Below are positions 13,656-26,145 of a stretch of 64,000 nucleotides of DNA, piece after piece; the stretch's first letter is position 1, and each line of letters starts with the position of its first letter. The stretch lies in NCBI GenBank assembly GCA_964016885.1, contig OZ024740.1:369396001-369460000 (forward strand), in the 5' to 3' direction. Made by a program: the position numbers and the translations under genes. Below the pieces are notes generated by a model. The model ran no database searches, was not told where the DNA came from, and worked only from the letters and a program-made list of their open reading frames with translations. Origin of the DNA: Eledone cirrhosa (Eukaryota).

Positions 13656-14363
13656 AAACTACGAAAATTCATACTTATAAACCCACTTTCAAAATTTTCA
13701 AAACAACATGTGATGTCGTTCATGTTTTTCTTAATGTGCATTGCCCATAATTATGGTCGACTTGTAAATCATTTGGGTTTTCCATAAACTACCTCCTCAT
13801 TTTCTTTCACATCTATCTAGACTATATTTTAACTCGTAACCCATGTTTCATTTCTGTTGCACCTCATTTCTCCACCATTATCTCTCAAACAATATTATAT
13901 ATTTTGCGAAATCCAGAGTTTCAATAATCACCTTTGGTCTTTCACTCACTCTATATATGTATAAATATGTGTGTGTATGGGGGAGGGGGGATATAGATAT
14001 ACACAATCTTCACCACCCATTGATACCAAATATAATTTGGTCAGTAGTCGGTGGGTAAGTATATAAATATATATTTAAATATATATATGCATGTATGACT
14101 GTGTCTATATATGTATGTTTGCATGCATGAAATAATACACCAAGCTTTAGATTTAGTAGAATATACAACCACTGATTCCAGCTTTTTGCGCTATCGTTTA
14201 CTTTGGTTTCTAGTAATTCGCTGGGAAATTGGTTAACCAAATGCTTTGCTTAATTGTTTTATTTATTTTAGAAAAAAAATTATTCTTTCTCTTAGATTTC
14301 AGATATTCTTTCATAGCAAAGTATTGGCCCCTAAAATACTACAGTGGGCCCTGCAATTATATA

Positions 14364-14367
<4 letters not shown>

Positions 14368-14447
<80 letters not shown>
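14368..14447. repeat. (GT)n microsatellite
   Basis: Read directly. Confidence 0.98.
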
Positions 14448-14450
<3 letters not shown>

Positions 14451-16390
14451 ATAAACACAGCTCTCTAGAGATCCATAACTGTCCCAGGTCGCAATTCAAT
14501 TCCCACTTCAAGTGTATCGTTTCCTTTCGTGTCCGGTGTTCGGTAGCCTGTGAATTCAATGGACACAGCTTTTTCTTCCACATTGAGCCAATGAAAATAA
14601 AATATAAAATGTACATGTAATGTACCCTCATGTAAGCGTGCCTTTAACGGAGCCAAATGTTAGAAAAAGTACCAGCTAATGTAAAACACAAGAGCTAAAG
14701 CTGCTGTCATAATTGTCCAGAAACATTTCATTCATAATGAGCATAGGTATTCAGTACATGATAACCTTGTCGTTCGATGTTCTCTTTTTAATATAAGAAA
14801 ATTGGCGGCAAGCGTCTCTGTGTTTGCTTAACAACATATATTTCCATGTTAGATGCCATTTCGTACTATCCCATTTCGTACACCTTTTATCATCCCTTCA
14901 GATTGGGAGTTAATGTTGAAGGAGGAAGGCTCTATGTGCTTTGTTCAATGGAATTCAAAGCACAATCCTAGTCACATATTGTTTTATTCTGATTGTGTCT
15001 GTAGCTTCTCGAACAAATACGTATAGAAATTCCTACTGATTCGTACAAGGGAAAATAATGCTGTTACACATGATTTAACAATTATGTTATCAACCCTAGA
15101 GCAGGAAACCTTCACTCACTTATTTGATGGATATTAATAACATTAGCCATTCATTTTCATGAAGCAAATTTGTCATTATCAGGGCAAGAGTAAATGCATT
15201 AATCAAAGGGGGAAAATACATTACGCAGATGAAAAGATTGTATATCGGGATGGGATACAATCATAGAAAACATCTCAATGATTACAGTAAATGCAACTTT
15301 AATATCCACCAGGTATACTATCTGACTCACCTCTACAATCACGAACGAAATAGAACCACTATTAGCACTATAAAACGGATTCCGAATTCCGAATTAAATC
15401 AATGATTAACACCTACATAGCATTTGAAACTGCTTGAAGGAAGAGACAAATCTCTTCGAAAAAACAGCCTAACGTTTTTTCAGCAAGATGGTATATTCCC
15501 AGAAATACATGATAAGGTTATGTTCGGAGTGCCTTTGCTCTTATAACCAGTAAATCGTAGGCCCGTGTAGTCATACGCCTCCCCAACTCGTGTTTACGTA
15601 GTGATAAATAACAACATATTCCGCAACATTTACCAACTAAGAAATCTATGGTGAATAAATTATTTAATATATTATACTATTCTTATTTTGGAACATTTTT
15701 ATAAGAGTAAACTATTCTAAGATTCTATGAATCTCGAGATATTAGATATAGCAGACACGTTTACGTTTATATGAGGTCAAAATCTGTTTCCTCATCACTA
15801 AAATCTCTTACATCATTCACTCACATAATTTCAGTCTTTCACAAATATATGCCCACTATATTCATGTGTACCAATCATTCTATACTAATGACCCCATGTC
15901 CAATCGAGGCCCTTTTTATCTCTCTTCGACTTGCTATGGTTCTCTCTCTCACAATTTGTCTCTCTCAACATTTCCCTTTCTCTTTGTGACTCATATTCTC
16001 ATACTCCCACTCGCTTCCTCTCTTTGTCTATGTATCACTATCACCACCGACTACAATTACAACCCATCTCTTTCAGACATACATAGATATCATAATTTAA
16101 GGGCTGAATATTTAAAGCGAATCTACCCGGTAACAACGAAAGTATTTTCATCTTTCAATATTTAAGTAGATGAAAGACAACTTTCTAGTGGGGAAAAAGT
16201 TTATAATCGACAGTAATTTCTTGTTTACAGTCTCATAACTCTTTCTTGGTGAATATATCAATCGCTCCTCTAAAAGGAAATAACATAAAAATTGATGAGC
16301 AGTTTACAAACACAATCTGCACGTTGACATAGAGGTGGTAATAATTCGTTTAGTTACTTATCAGTTTCAATTGATGGACACATTGATGGA

Positions 16391-16450
16391 CACACTAAAA
16401 AGTGAACGCTAATTGATGTGTCCATCAATTTGCGTTCACCTCTTGGTGTG
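16391..16450. repeat. 60-bp hairpin/inverted repeat
   Basis: cacactaaaaagtgaacgctaattgatg - tgtc - catcaatttgcgttcacctcttggtgtg, with 24/28 positions complementary. Overlaps a 12-bp tandem duplication (attgatggacac x2). Confidence 0.85.
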
Positions 16451-18528
16451 CATTACAGTGCATGAACAGAAATTTCGGAAGATTTCATTCCATTATCGAA
16501 TGTCTGTGAAGGAACGAGTAACATGATGGTAACGTTGAAATGGGTGGTATGAGTTATATCAATACATATTTGCCGCTAATATAACCGTTTATAATAACTG
16601 GGCGAATACTTCAGGAAAAAAATTCAGGAAATACTACTTCAGTGAAAATGACTAGGGCCACTAATATGCTCTCTCCGTCTTAAATCACCAACGTCAAGGG
16701 ATAACTGAATGGAAACATCACACAACAGTAGGATTGCAGGTATAATGTGGGATTTCACAGATTGACAAAACTAATGCATTAATAGCATAGAAAACATCAC
16801 TAAAAAGCAGAAATGATAGAAGAATAAGATTGAAAAAATATGTACAATATGATAAAGATATAGAAACCATATCGAAGGAAGAGATAATGAGCGAAAAATA
16901 ATTGTACAAACAAATGTGGAAAAATTATAGAAAAGCAAATAAACATAACAGGAGACACACGTCCATTAAATAACATTCCCACAATTAAGAGAAAGAGATC
17001 ACAAAAAACAACCAATTAAGATGAAATAAAAAAAAGAAAATTGCGATTCAGAACTTCCGACAAATTCTGATCTAAAGAAATGTCTGTCTACTGGGATTAA
17101 TTATATTTCCAAATCATGGTATTTCTAAAAGAAATGATGTCCCTAGGGCTATATTTCAATAATATTTCCAGGTTCAATGCTAGAAAGTGAAACAAGATGT
17201 AAGGCATGTTTTGTATTAATAGTGAAGCTTCTGTGTATAAGTGTCCGTCCAGAACATATAGTGCATGGGTATCTTAATCAAAACATTGTTGGGAAAATAT
17301 TTGATAATTTTAATTGTATATTTCAAATGATGTTATTTCGAGTCAATATAAGCATGAAAAACTTTAAAAGTGCATGAGTGTTTCATGAAAAATATCTATA
17401 TCTCACGTTTTTGGTATGCTTTAGAATATGTCAACTCGACGCTTATATCAAGCGTGCTAATAAATGAGTAGACTGTGTATATTTCAGTCGATTTCGTTTT
17501 CCTGAGAGGAATGAAGTAAGAATCACAATGCTTGCACTGGATCATTGAATTTTGTTTTAATTGTTTTTCCAAGAGATAACAAATATCATTTTATTTTAAC
17601 GTATTATACATATTACAATAACGAAAGAGAACCGAAATTAAACTATATATGAGATTCCCTTATAATAAAATAGAATTAAAAAGTATCATCCCTGAAATAA
17701 AATAACACTTTACCGAATAAATGCAAAATCGAGAAAATCAAAACCCCTTTATGGCTCCATGATTGTGTCCTGAGACAAGTGTGAATTATTAAAGGAAAAC
17801 GAGCACGTCCTCTACAGAATGTTAGGTTTAATATGTCTTGCATAAACACCTCATTAAACGGCACCTGTTTAAACGGCACCGTAAACTTCGAGATATATGG
17901 TATTCCTATATTCTAGAACTTTTGAAGCACGCTGAAAATGTAAGCCAGAGGTTATAGGTCCCCTAGCAATTTAGTAAAATAGTGGTCGACGCAACAGAGT
18001 TTCAGCCATCATTTTTCACATCTTGGTTAGTTGTACTGCGATTCCACAGCAGGCTAGACCAGTAAGTTTTCAGATTTTGGTGACAAGGGTTGATTCTGGT
18101 GACATGGGTTGTGTGTCATTATAAATGGTATGACCAGTACTTGGTTTCTTCTTCCTTGGGTTGTCCTAAGTTGTTGTATAGGTATTTTTATAACAGCAAC
18201 AACAACAACAACAACAACAATAATAATAATAATAATAAAAGTGATGTTGATAGTGATGATTACTAGAAAATGCTATTTTCATCATTTCTAAAAATAGAAA
18301 AACAATTGATGCTTTGGATAGGATCAATTAGTGGTCGTTAGACATGCTCAACCAACTATGACGCCTAAACCAATCAGCTTTAGTAATTCAGTAAAACTAC
18401 ACACCGATTGGTCGAAATACAGTTTGCAAGATTTAGCTTTCTGGAGCCAATTTTCACTGTATTTAAGGTACAAAATTACCCATCTCATTAGACTTAAAAA
18501 TTGCAAATTTGACTGTCACCACACATTA

Positions 18529-18569
18529 TGAACCTGAAGATTGCGAAAGAGCATGAACGTACTTGTTCA
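18529..18569 (+). ncRNA. Degenerate minimal hammerhead in a solo pLTR-like segment
   Basis: tgaac CTGAAGA t tgc gaaaga gca t GAAcG ta CTT gttca. Stem I is a perfect 5 bp and the GAAA has one substitution. The ancestral stem III would be palindromic AGTACT. Confidence 0.55.
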
Positions 18570-18731
18570 ATTAACACTTAACATTTAATATTCTATCATA
18601 CTATTTCATTATAATACCATTATAAATTTTAAATGACTGTAAATAAAACGAGTAAATCAGACAAAGTTGGAATTCCTTTTATTAATATAATCTTTTATAC
18701 ACAATCATACACACCCGTGTATATTTATCTA

Positions 18732-18927
<196 letters not shown>

Positions 18928-18993
18928 CATACATACATACATAAAAGCTTTGTGAAATTATAAAACCAGAAGAACATACATACATACATACAT

Positions 18994-19839
18994 TCAAGTG
19001 CAGGCTCTGCAGAACTAACATCGAGGATATCACCCATGTCATCAGCAGCTGTCCAAAGATGTCATCGCGGTACTATCTACCTATGAGGCATGATGTAGTG
19101 GCCAAACACTGTACAATGCAATCCGTAGAAAAGATAGCCCCGAGAATAAACACGTTAAAAGCTACAGCAATGTGGAAGACATCCATGTACATAATATGAA
19201 AGAGTATTGCTGGAATATTTCAGTAAAATCCCCAGTAGAATGCAGGCATAACGCACCATATATAATGATATGGGACAGGTAGAAGAAAACATGCACAGCA
19301 GTGAAAATTAGCTGCCCAGCAGATGCCAATATAATATCAAAGATTAGTGAAAAGGAGAATATTTATGCAGAACTGATGAGAAATCTGCAGATACTCCACC
19401 CTGATTACGCCTTCAGATTTATGCCTGTGATTATTGGGGCACTGGGATATGTTAGTAACTGCCTCAATACAAATCTTGAGAAGCTAGGCTTCACAGGAAC
19501 AGAAAGAACACAACTAGTTAGGAAATTACAAGTACAATCCATTAATGGAACAGTAAACATATGTAAAACATTCCAAAAATGTTGCATCTAATAACTGCCT
19601 ATACTCATGTACAGATGCAAAGCATATTCACATGCACACATACAACTCAAATCATACACATCCACACATCCACATCCACACATACAATAACATCCATATC
19701 TACACATTCATACATACATACATACATATCTACCTCATTGATGTTGTGTAAATTCCAATGAGAGAGGCTTGTGTCTATGTTAGAAACCGACTCTCTCTCT
19801 CTATTGGTAAAACTTTGTGAAATTATAAAACCAGAAGAA
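18994..19839 (+). mobile_element. RLE-type non-LTR retrotransposon 3' fragment (R4/NeSL-like), bounded by (CATA)n
   Basis: CRLC...HVISSC zinc knuckle, RHDVV, HNAPYI (decayed PD motif), ISCPAD...EKENIY, MPVIIGALG, stop at 19591. The 3' UTR ends ctttgtgaaattataaaaccagaagaa followed by (CATA)n. Confidence 0.85.
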
Positions 19840-20816
19840 CATACATACATACATATGCCTATGCATATGCACAGCTGAGCAATGTTTTCTATATCACAGG
19901 AGAATTGTGTTATTTTGAACACGTTACGTATGGGCTTTGTGCTATCTCGTGCAATATAAAAGCACACACCACGTATGCTCTATAATCACAATACATTTCA
20001 CCTCTGCAATACCCATAACAAGCGGAACAGTAATATATTTTGTAACACTTTCTAATATGCTTTTTCATTATGTGGTAGTATTTAGCTAAGAACCTTTATC
20101 CTGATTTATGTAATATTACGTTCCTTTCGTTAGTTAGGTTTTGCTGAGATTAATATATTGCAGGTAAATTAAATCCGTTTTTATACTTCAGAAACTGGGG
20201 ATCTCAGGCTGAGAGATATAATAAATAACTAATCATGTTAAGGCAAATGCAGGTTGTAATATTAGCAGATCCATTTCTTTTCAAAACTGAAAAAAGCCCA
20301 GAGAGAATCTGGAATCTGATTTTTAGATACGAACACTCTTAAGCACCAAAGCATGACATGTTCAATCGGTATCGCAATACTATTTCTCTTATTGTTTCAT
20401 TTGTAGATACATACGCATACACAAGTATATGTTTACACCTTTCAATATATATATATAAGTGTGTGAGAGAGAAAGAGAGAGAAAGAGTATGAGTGTATAT
20501 GAGTGTGTTTGTGTATATATGCGCACCTGTGTTTACGTTCGAGTTATACAAATAAAAAACTTCACGCAGTATGTAATGGTAATGTTAGAATAAAATATAT
20601 GAAGCTGGGAATTCTAAAAGAATATAAGAGTAATATATATGTGTGTATGTGTCAATGTGTGTGTGTGTGTGCCTGTGTGTGTGTCTGTGTATATCCCCCG
20701 GGTTCAATCGTGGATAACGAAACTAAGTAATGTACACAATATATAGCATACTATAAATATGTCTATGGGATTTGCTGATGATTTTCATGAAATGGAACTG
20801 TTATGGTCCTGTAGAA

Positions 20817-20925
<109 letters not shown>

Positions 20926-21007
20926 ATAATGGTAGCTGTGGTGCTTCCGTAGGCGGTATGCCAAAATTAGCACTCGATATTCATCAGAGTAGAGTGTAGA
21001 TATATAT

Positions 21008-21309
21008 CATGGTCCTTGTATGGATCTGGCTGATTCTACTTCTGCGGGTTTTTCAGACACGGGTGCTATCATCAAAATAGTGGAAAGTGGCAGGACGAGA
21101 GTGGAAAGAGGATTTTTTGAGGGTATTGTTTTCATGATAACACCCTAGTGATAAAATTTGCTTCGGACATAACACCTGTGTCTGAAAGAACCCGCAGAAG
21201 TAGAATCAGCCAGATCCATACAAGGACCATGACTCGAGCTACATGCCGGCGAAACATTTGTAACACGAAATAAACTAAGTCCAGATGCATCACTGATTTT
21301 TTGTTTTCT

Positions 21310-21312
<3 letters not shown>
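21008..21312 (+). mobile_element. ORF-less mini PLE derivative: inverted arms plus long-stem-II HHR-like motif
   Basis: Inverted arms at 21008-21068 and 21168-21232. At 21178-21266: gtgt CTGAAAGA...ccggc GAAAC attt GTA acac, then AATAAA. Flanked by (TA)n. Confidence 0.6.
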
Positions 21313-21364
<52 letters not shown>

Positions 21365-21366
<2 letters not shown>

Positions 21367-21580
21367 AGGGGTGTAACTTCGAGTTACTGCAGGTTCACCC
21401 GGGAGAGCACTCGATGTTTAGGTTCGCTTCTGTGATGAGGTGTAGAGCTATACAGAGTGTAATATATTGAAAGGATAACAAGGACGATTGATTACTCCTT
21501 CATTGCATTTATTGATAGGTGACGCGCATTTCGCCACTGATCAGCTCAAGGTTCGAATTTTATCGATGCTACCCGACTCA
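21365..21580 (-). mobile_element. pLTR fragment with 3' half of an HHR
   Basis: Minus strand reads ggc GAAAT gcgc GTC acct atcAATAAA around 21508-21535. The 5' core is missing. Lies between (TA)n runs. Confidence 0.45.
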
Positions 21581-21654
21581 ATAAATATATATATATATAT
21601 ATTATATTATAAAAATAGACAAAGAAGCCTTCAATACATCAAAAGTCTTTATTA

Positions 21655-21695
21655 GCCTACAATGTTTCGTCCCATTAATAAGGACTCATCAGGGC
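21655..21695 (-). ncRNA. Minimal type I hammerhead ribozyme, canonical core
   Basis: Minus strand reads gcc CTGATGA gtcc ttattaatg ggac GAAAC att GTA ggc t AATAAA. Confidence 0.88.
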
Positions 21696-22428
21696 AATTA
21701 AACAGATAAGAAGCATTAACGGCCAGAACTCAGAAGAATAGGGAATTCATATCCATGAAAGCTTATGAAAGATATGAAGGAAAAGCATGCTAAAGCTAAA
21801 AATGTGCAGTTACAAATATAGACTATAGGGCAAGAAAGTGAGTAAAATGTCAAACCAACGTTGAAATTACAGTATAATACAAATACATTAAATACAACAT
21901 GGTAATATAATATGAGTATTACAATACAATATAATGGGTAATAAGAAATATAAAGCTTAATATATGTATATATATATATATCGATATATATACACATTTA
22001 CACGAACACATACTAACACTTAATAAGTAAAAATATACCCTTTATAATATAAAAAGCCCCCTGACGGTGCGTATAAACTATACAAAAAATAAACTATACA
22101 AAAAATAAGCTATACAAGAAATAATAGAATAATATATTGACATCAAAAATATACAAAACTACATCATACATATCACTTAATGTCAACAAGTTGTATATAA
22201 AGTTTTACACCGGGCAAGAAAAAATATCATAATAAACCTGGAGTATGTTGAAAAAATATATGTAAATAAGTACATAAATACATAAAATATTGATAATAGG
22301 TATATAGGGGTATATGCAGTTTACATTCATAAAATATTACAAAATATTACAAAATATAACAAAACAGTACCTTAAATATCAGACATATATTAATACGTAT
22401 AATTCCATTACGTAGAAATAATATGATT

Positions 22429-22606
22429 TTGGCAGTATCGGTAGAGGGTCGGACGCCATGCTTTCCAGCATAGTTATGTCCCTTTACGATCTGAGTTCAA
22501 ATCCCGCCGAGGTTAACTTTGCCTTTCATCCTTACGGGGTCGATAAAATAAAGTACCAGTAATGCACTGGGTAATTGCTGGCCTTGTGCCTAAAGTAGAA
22601 ACAATT
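22429..22606 (+). mobile_element. tRNA-derived SINE (family A) nested in PLE 3' UTR
   Basis: Near-identical to 7976-8161 and slightly 5'-shortened. Confidence 0.93.
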
Positions 22607-24531
22607 ATAATAATAAATACTATAATAGTATAAAAATATAAAAGCAGACTGACAGAGTCAATTGAAAATGTTTAAGAGATATTTACGCGATTAATATATT
22701 AATATAGGGAGGTATGTTATGATGCAAAGGATATTATAGGAAGACAAAACAGCAAGTGGTAGTAAAGAAGTAATGATGATGATGATAGGAAGACAGACAT
22801 CAAGTGGTAGTAAAAAAATAAATTAAATAAAATAAAACGAAGAACAAAAAGAAAAAAACAAAAAAACAAAAAACAAAAACAAGCACAGTACGTAGGTATA
22901 ACGATTCATTATGTAAATATAGAAGGTATTATTATTCTAAACTAAAGAGTTGAATAGAAAACCTTGTTAAATTAATTAATATTAAAATTGCCTAAAAGAT
23001 ATTATTAGTAACTTTTAATGGAATAAAATTTAAGTCATCAAAGTCGTATAAAATTAGGATATTTCAATAAAAACTATAATATAATATATATTACGATCCG
23101 ATCAGATGAATTACGTTATCAAAGAAAAAACTTTAAAAAAAACTATGGTAGACCAATGGGAACAGGAAGAAGTGAAACTATGGAGGATAGGAACGATCAT
23201 AAATGTAAAAATTAATATATAATATAATATAATAAAAAGGAGTATAAAAGTAGAATTCATATATAATATAATAAAAAGGGGCGAATATGAAGTGTGGAAA
23301 GGAGGAGGTTCATTAGTTTTAGATGTAGGAGACTCAAAAATTAAACTATTCAATAAGATACAAACTTACAAGGCGATAATATTGAGTAAAAATGTAATAA
23401 TGTTTAAGATGATAGATATGGTAAGGTAGCTAATACGACTATGAAAACTAAAATTCGAAAATCGAAACAACCGTAGAAAATTAAAATAATGGTAATACAA
23501 ATGAACTAAAACCAAAGAGATAGGGAAATATAGCAGCTAATGGATACGGTTTAAACTACCGGAACTTTTAGGTCTATAATAGAAGAAAGAATTAGAAATG
23601 GCATGTGGACAGGAAGAAAATATCTCACATTTTATATAGTAAGCAATATGCTCCTAGAGAAAATTATAGAATGGGTCTCTAGGATACAAAGATTACAGAA
23701 TTTAGTGTGTGTTGATAGGTGATTAGAGTGTGCTACTATTCGCCAATTTAGGCTATATGGTATACCAGCCCCTTTTAAATCCCAGATATGGTGTGCCAAA
23801 GAAGTAGAGTTCTTAAACTTGATATGCTTAAAATTAGAAATATGTGAATTTAACCTCGTTTTAAAAGTATTAGATGTGGAGCCTATATATGTGCTACAAG
23901 AAGAATTAGTCTTAACTTCACATGCATAAACAATGTTCCTAGAGAGGCAGTGACCATTTAAAGGGCAGTTATTACTTACTCTACAGTTACACTTCCGGGT
24001 ACTAGTGACTAACTGATTACGCCATGCATTATTCCTAGGGTTATTATAAGATAAGTTCTGCTTGGGCGGTAGGTTATCAATATAGCTATCTAGATTAGAA
24101 TGTACGCAAAGAGGAGTAGCTATCCCTAATTTTCCTATTGTTAGTGCTAGCTAGATGAGAATTAATGTTAGGGGTGGTCGAGAAGGAGAGTTTAATTACG
24201 TTTTTATTAAATATACCATGATATTTATTCGTAGGAGGGAAATTTTCCTCTAAGATAGAAAAGAAAGACCTAGGGATATTAGTTAATACTTCATTATCAA
24301 AAGGCGGGTTAAAGTAAGTATTGAGTCTCCTCCTATTCCTACCTTTACTATCTCTACCATGATCTGGTATCCTATTAATAGGATCCGGGTTAATATGAGG
24401 ATCAGTTGAATTAACACTATTAGAAGCAGTTAAAACATTACTACTGGGTGAACGTTCAGAGCGCCTATCCTGCTCCCTAGAACTAATACGACGAGTGTGT
24501 TTTACTCCAACGTACTCTAGTATTTTAATTC

Positions 24532-24534
<3 letters not shown>

Positions 24535-24577
<43 letters not shown>

Positions 24578-24667
24578 TATGTGTATGTGTGTGTATATGT
24601 GTATATGTATATATATATATGTATATGTATGTACGTGTGTGTGTGTATATATATATACATATATATG

Positions 24668-24763
<96 letters not shown>

Positions 24764-24847
24764 TAAGTGTGTATGTGTGTGTATATGTGTGTGTATATGT
24801 GTGTGTAAATATATATGTATATATGTATATATATATATATATATATA
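24535..24847. repeat. Compound (TA)n/(TG)n microsatellite
   Basis: Read directly. Confidence 0.97.
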
Positions 24848-25134
24848 GTAATAATAATAAATTTGAAGACTAAAATCCAAAGAGGGCTCGATAAGGATAA
24901 ATATATATCAAATATAAAAGAACCGTAGAGCAAATATTTATTAAAATAACAGATTAAAGTTTAAGCAAATAATCGCTGCTTTCACCCCTAACGGGATCTT
25001 CTGAAACTAACACAGTCAATCTGTAAACGCAGAAGTGGATATTTCAAAAAAACGTTGCAACCGGAGGAAGACAGGAAGACGATACTTTGGTTCGTGGGAA
25101 CGTTCGCTGGAAAAAGAACGGGAAAAAAGGAATA

Positions 25135-25370
25135 TAATACGTCATTAATAGGAGCGGTGAAACACAATTACGCGCAAAGACAGAACCACGTTTATGGTAT
25201 AAAAGAGGTCGTAGACTAATGTTCTCTTAGGTGGTTCATAGAGAGGTTCTCTGGCAATGAACGAAAAAAACGAGGATAATACGTCATATGTGGAACGTAG
25301 AGAACAATAGCACGCAAAGACAAATCCACGTAAATGGTATAGCAGAAGTTGTAGACTAAAATTCTAACTA
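25135..25370. repeat. Two diverged ~95-bp direct repeats (period ~140 bp)
   Basis: taatacgtcat...cgcaaagaca...ccacgt..atggtata...gtagactaa occurs at ~25135 and ~25277. Confidence 0.7.
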
Positions 25371-25888
25371 GAAGACCGAATGAATCTCGGCTACAGAGTT
25401 AAGAACAAAGTAAATAAATACAATACAGAAGTAATAGAAATAAATAAATACATGCACGCAAACAAATACGTACATACACAAGCATACGCAGAACACTTAC
25501 CATCGGTATACAAAACCACGCACATATAAATATGTGTGTGTGTGTGTATGCGTGTATACAAATAAATAAGTAATTATATAAACGTATATAAATAAATAAA
25601 TACGTATATAACAAACGCACACACATACCTACATGTAAATACACGAATGTTCGGAGACGTAAGTCAACCAAAACATGAAGTACACATATACACACACCCA
25701 ATCTGTTATTTTAATAAATATATATATATATAAGCAAGATGTATGGTAGGTCGTATGTGAATCGCGATGATCACGTCTGACCTACCAAATATGTAACGGT
25801 AGCTAGTTAACCTCTATGCGTATAAGCAGAGCAGAAATATTAATGAAAAAGAACAAAGGAACTATTATGACATTATAACAAGTTTATT

Positions 25889-25933
25889 GCCGACAGCCGT
25901 TTCGTCCGACCATATGGTGGGACTTTTCAAGGC
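25889..25933 (-). ncRNA. Minimal type I hammerhead ribozyme, U3-A8 core variant
   Basis: Minus strand reads tgcc TTGAAAA gtcc caccatatggtc ggac GAAAC ggct GTC ggca, with AATAAA overlapping the end. All three stems pair. Confidence 0.85.
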
Positions 25934-25958
25934 ATATAACATGTGATTTAAGTTCATT

Positions 25959-26145
25959 GCGGTGGATTGGCAGTATCGGCAGAGGGTCGGACGCCATGCT
26001 TTCCAGCATAGTTACGTCCCTTTACGATCTGAGTTCAAATCCCGCCGAGGTTGACTTTGCCTTTCATCCTTACGGGGTCGATAAAATAAAGTACCAGTAA
26101 TGCACTGGGTGATTGCTGGCCTTGTGCCTAAAGTAGAAACAATTA
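25959..26145 (+). mobile_element. tRNA-derived SINE (family A)
   Basis: Near-identical to 7976-8161. Confidence 0.93.

Larger units (their letters stand above)
13290..13790. repeat. Old ~500-bp imperfect palindrome containing two convergent tRNA-like units
   Basis: The arms (~13290-13544 and ~13556-13790) share catgaacgaca.cacat, attttgaaagt..gtttataa, tctctgtgg.ctagtgg, atcctggtc and ttcagttttt. Confidence 0.75.
21605..24525 (-). mobile_element. Penelope-like element (CxCx5C linker, Hydra-clade-like), 5'-truncated, endonuclease plus long 3' UTR
   Basis: Minus translation gives TYFNPPFDNEVLTNIP (~24320) and CNCRVSNNCPLNGHCLSRNIVYACEV...YIGSTSNTFKTRLNSH...CNLCILE (~23990-23670). The ~2-kb UTR ends with an HHR and AATAAA. 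Both flanks are (TA)n. Confidence 0.82.

Noticed and set aside
13099-14353. hAT-like transposon bounded by cagtggcggactg / cagtgggccctg
   Set aside because: Imperfect 12-13-bp ends, no exact 8-bp TSD and no transposase motif recognised.
20690-20745. GAAAC-taa-GTA half-motif (a similar one at 50713-50750, minus strand)
   Set aside because: No usable 5' core, so too little information.
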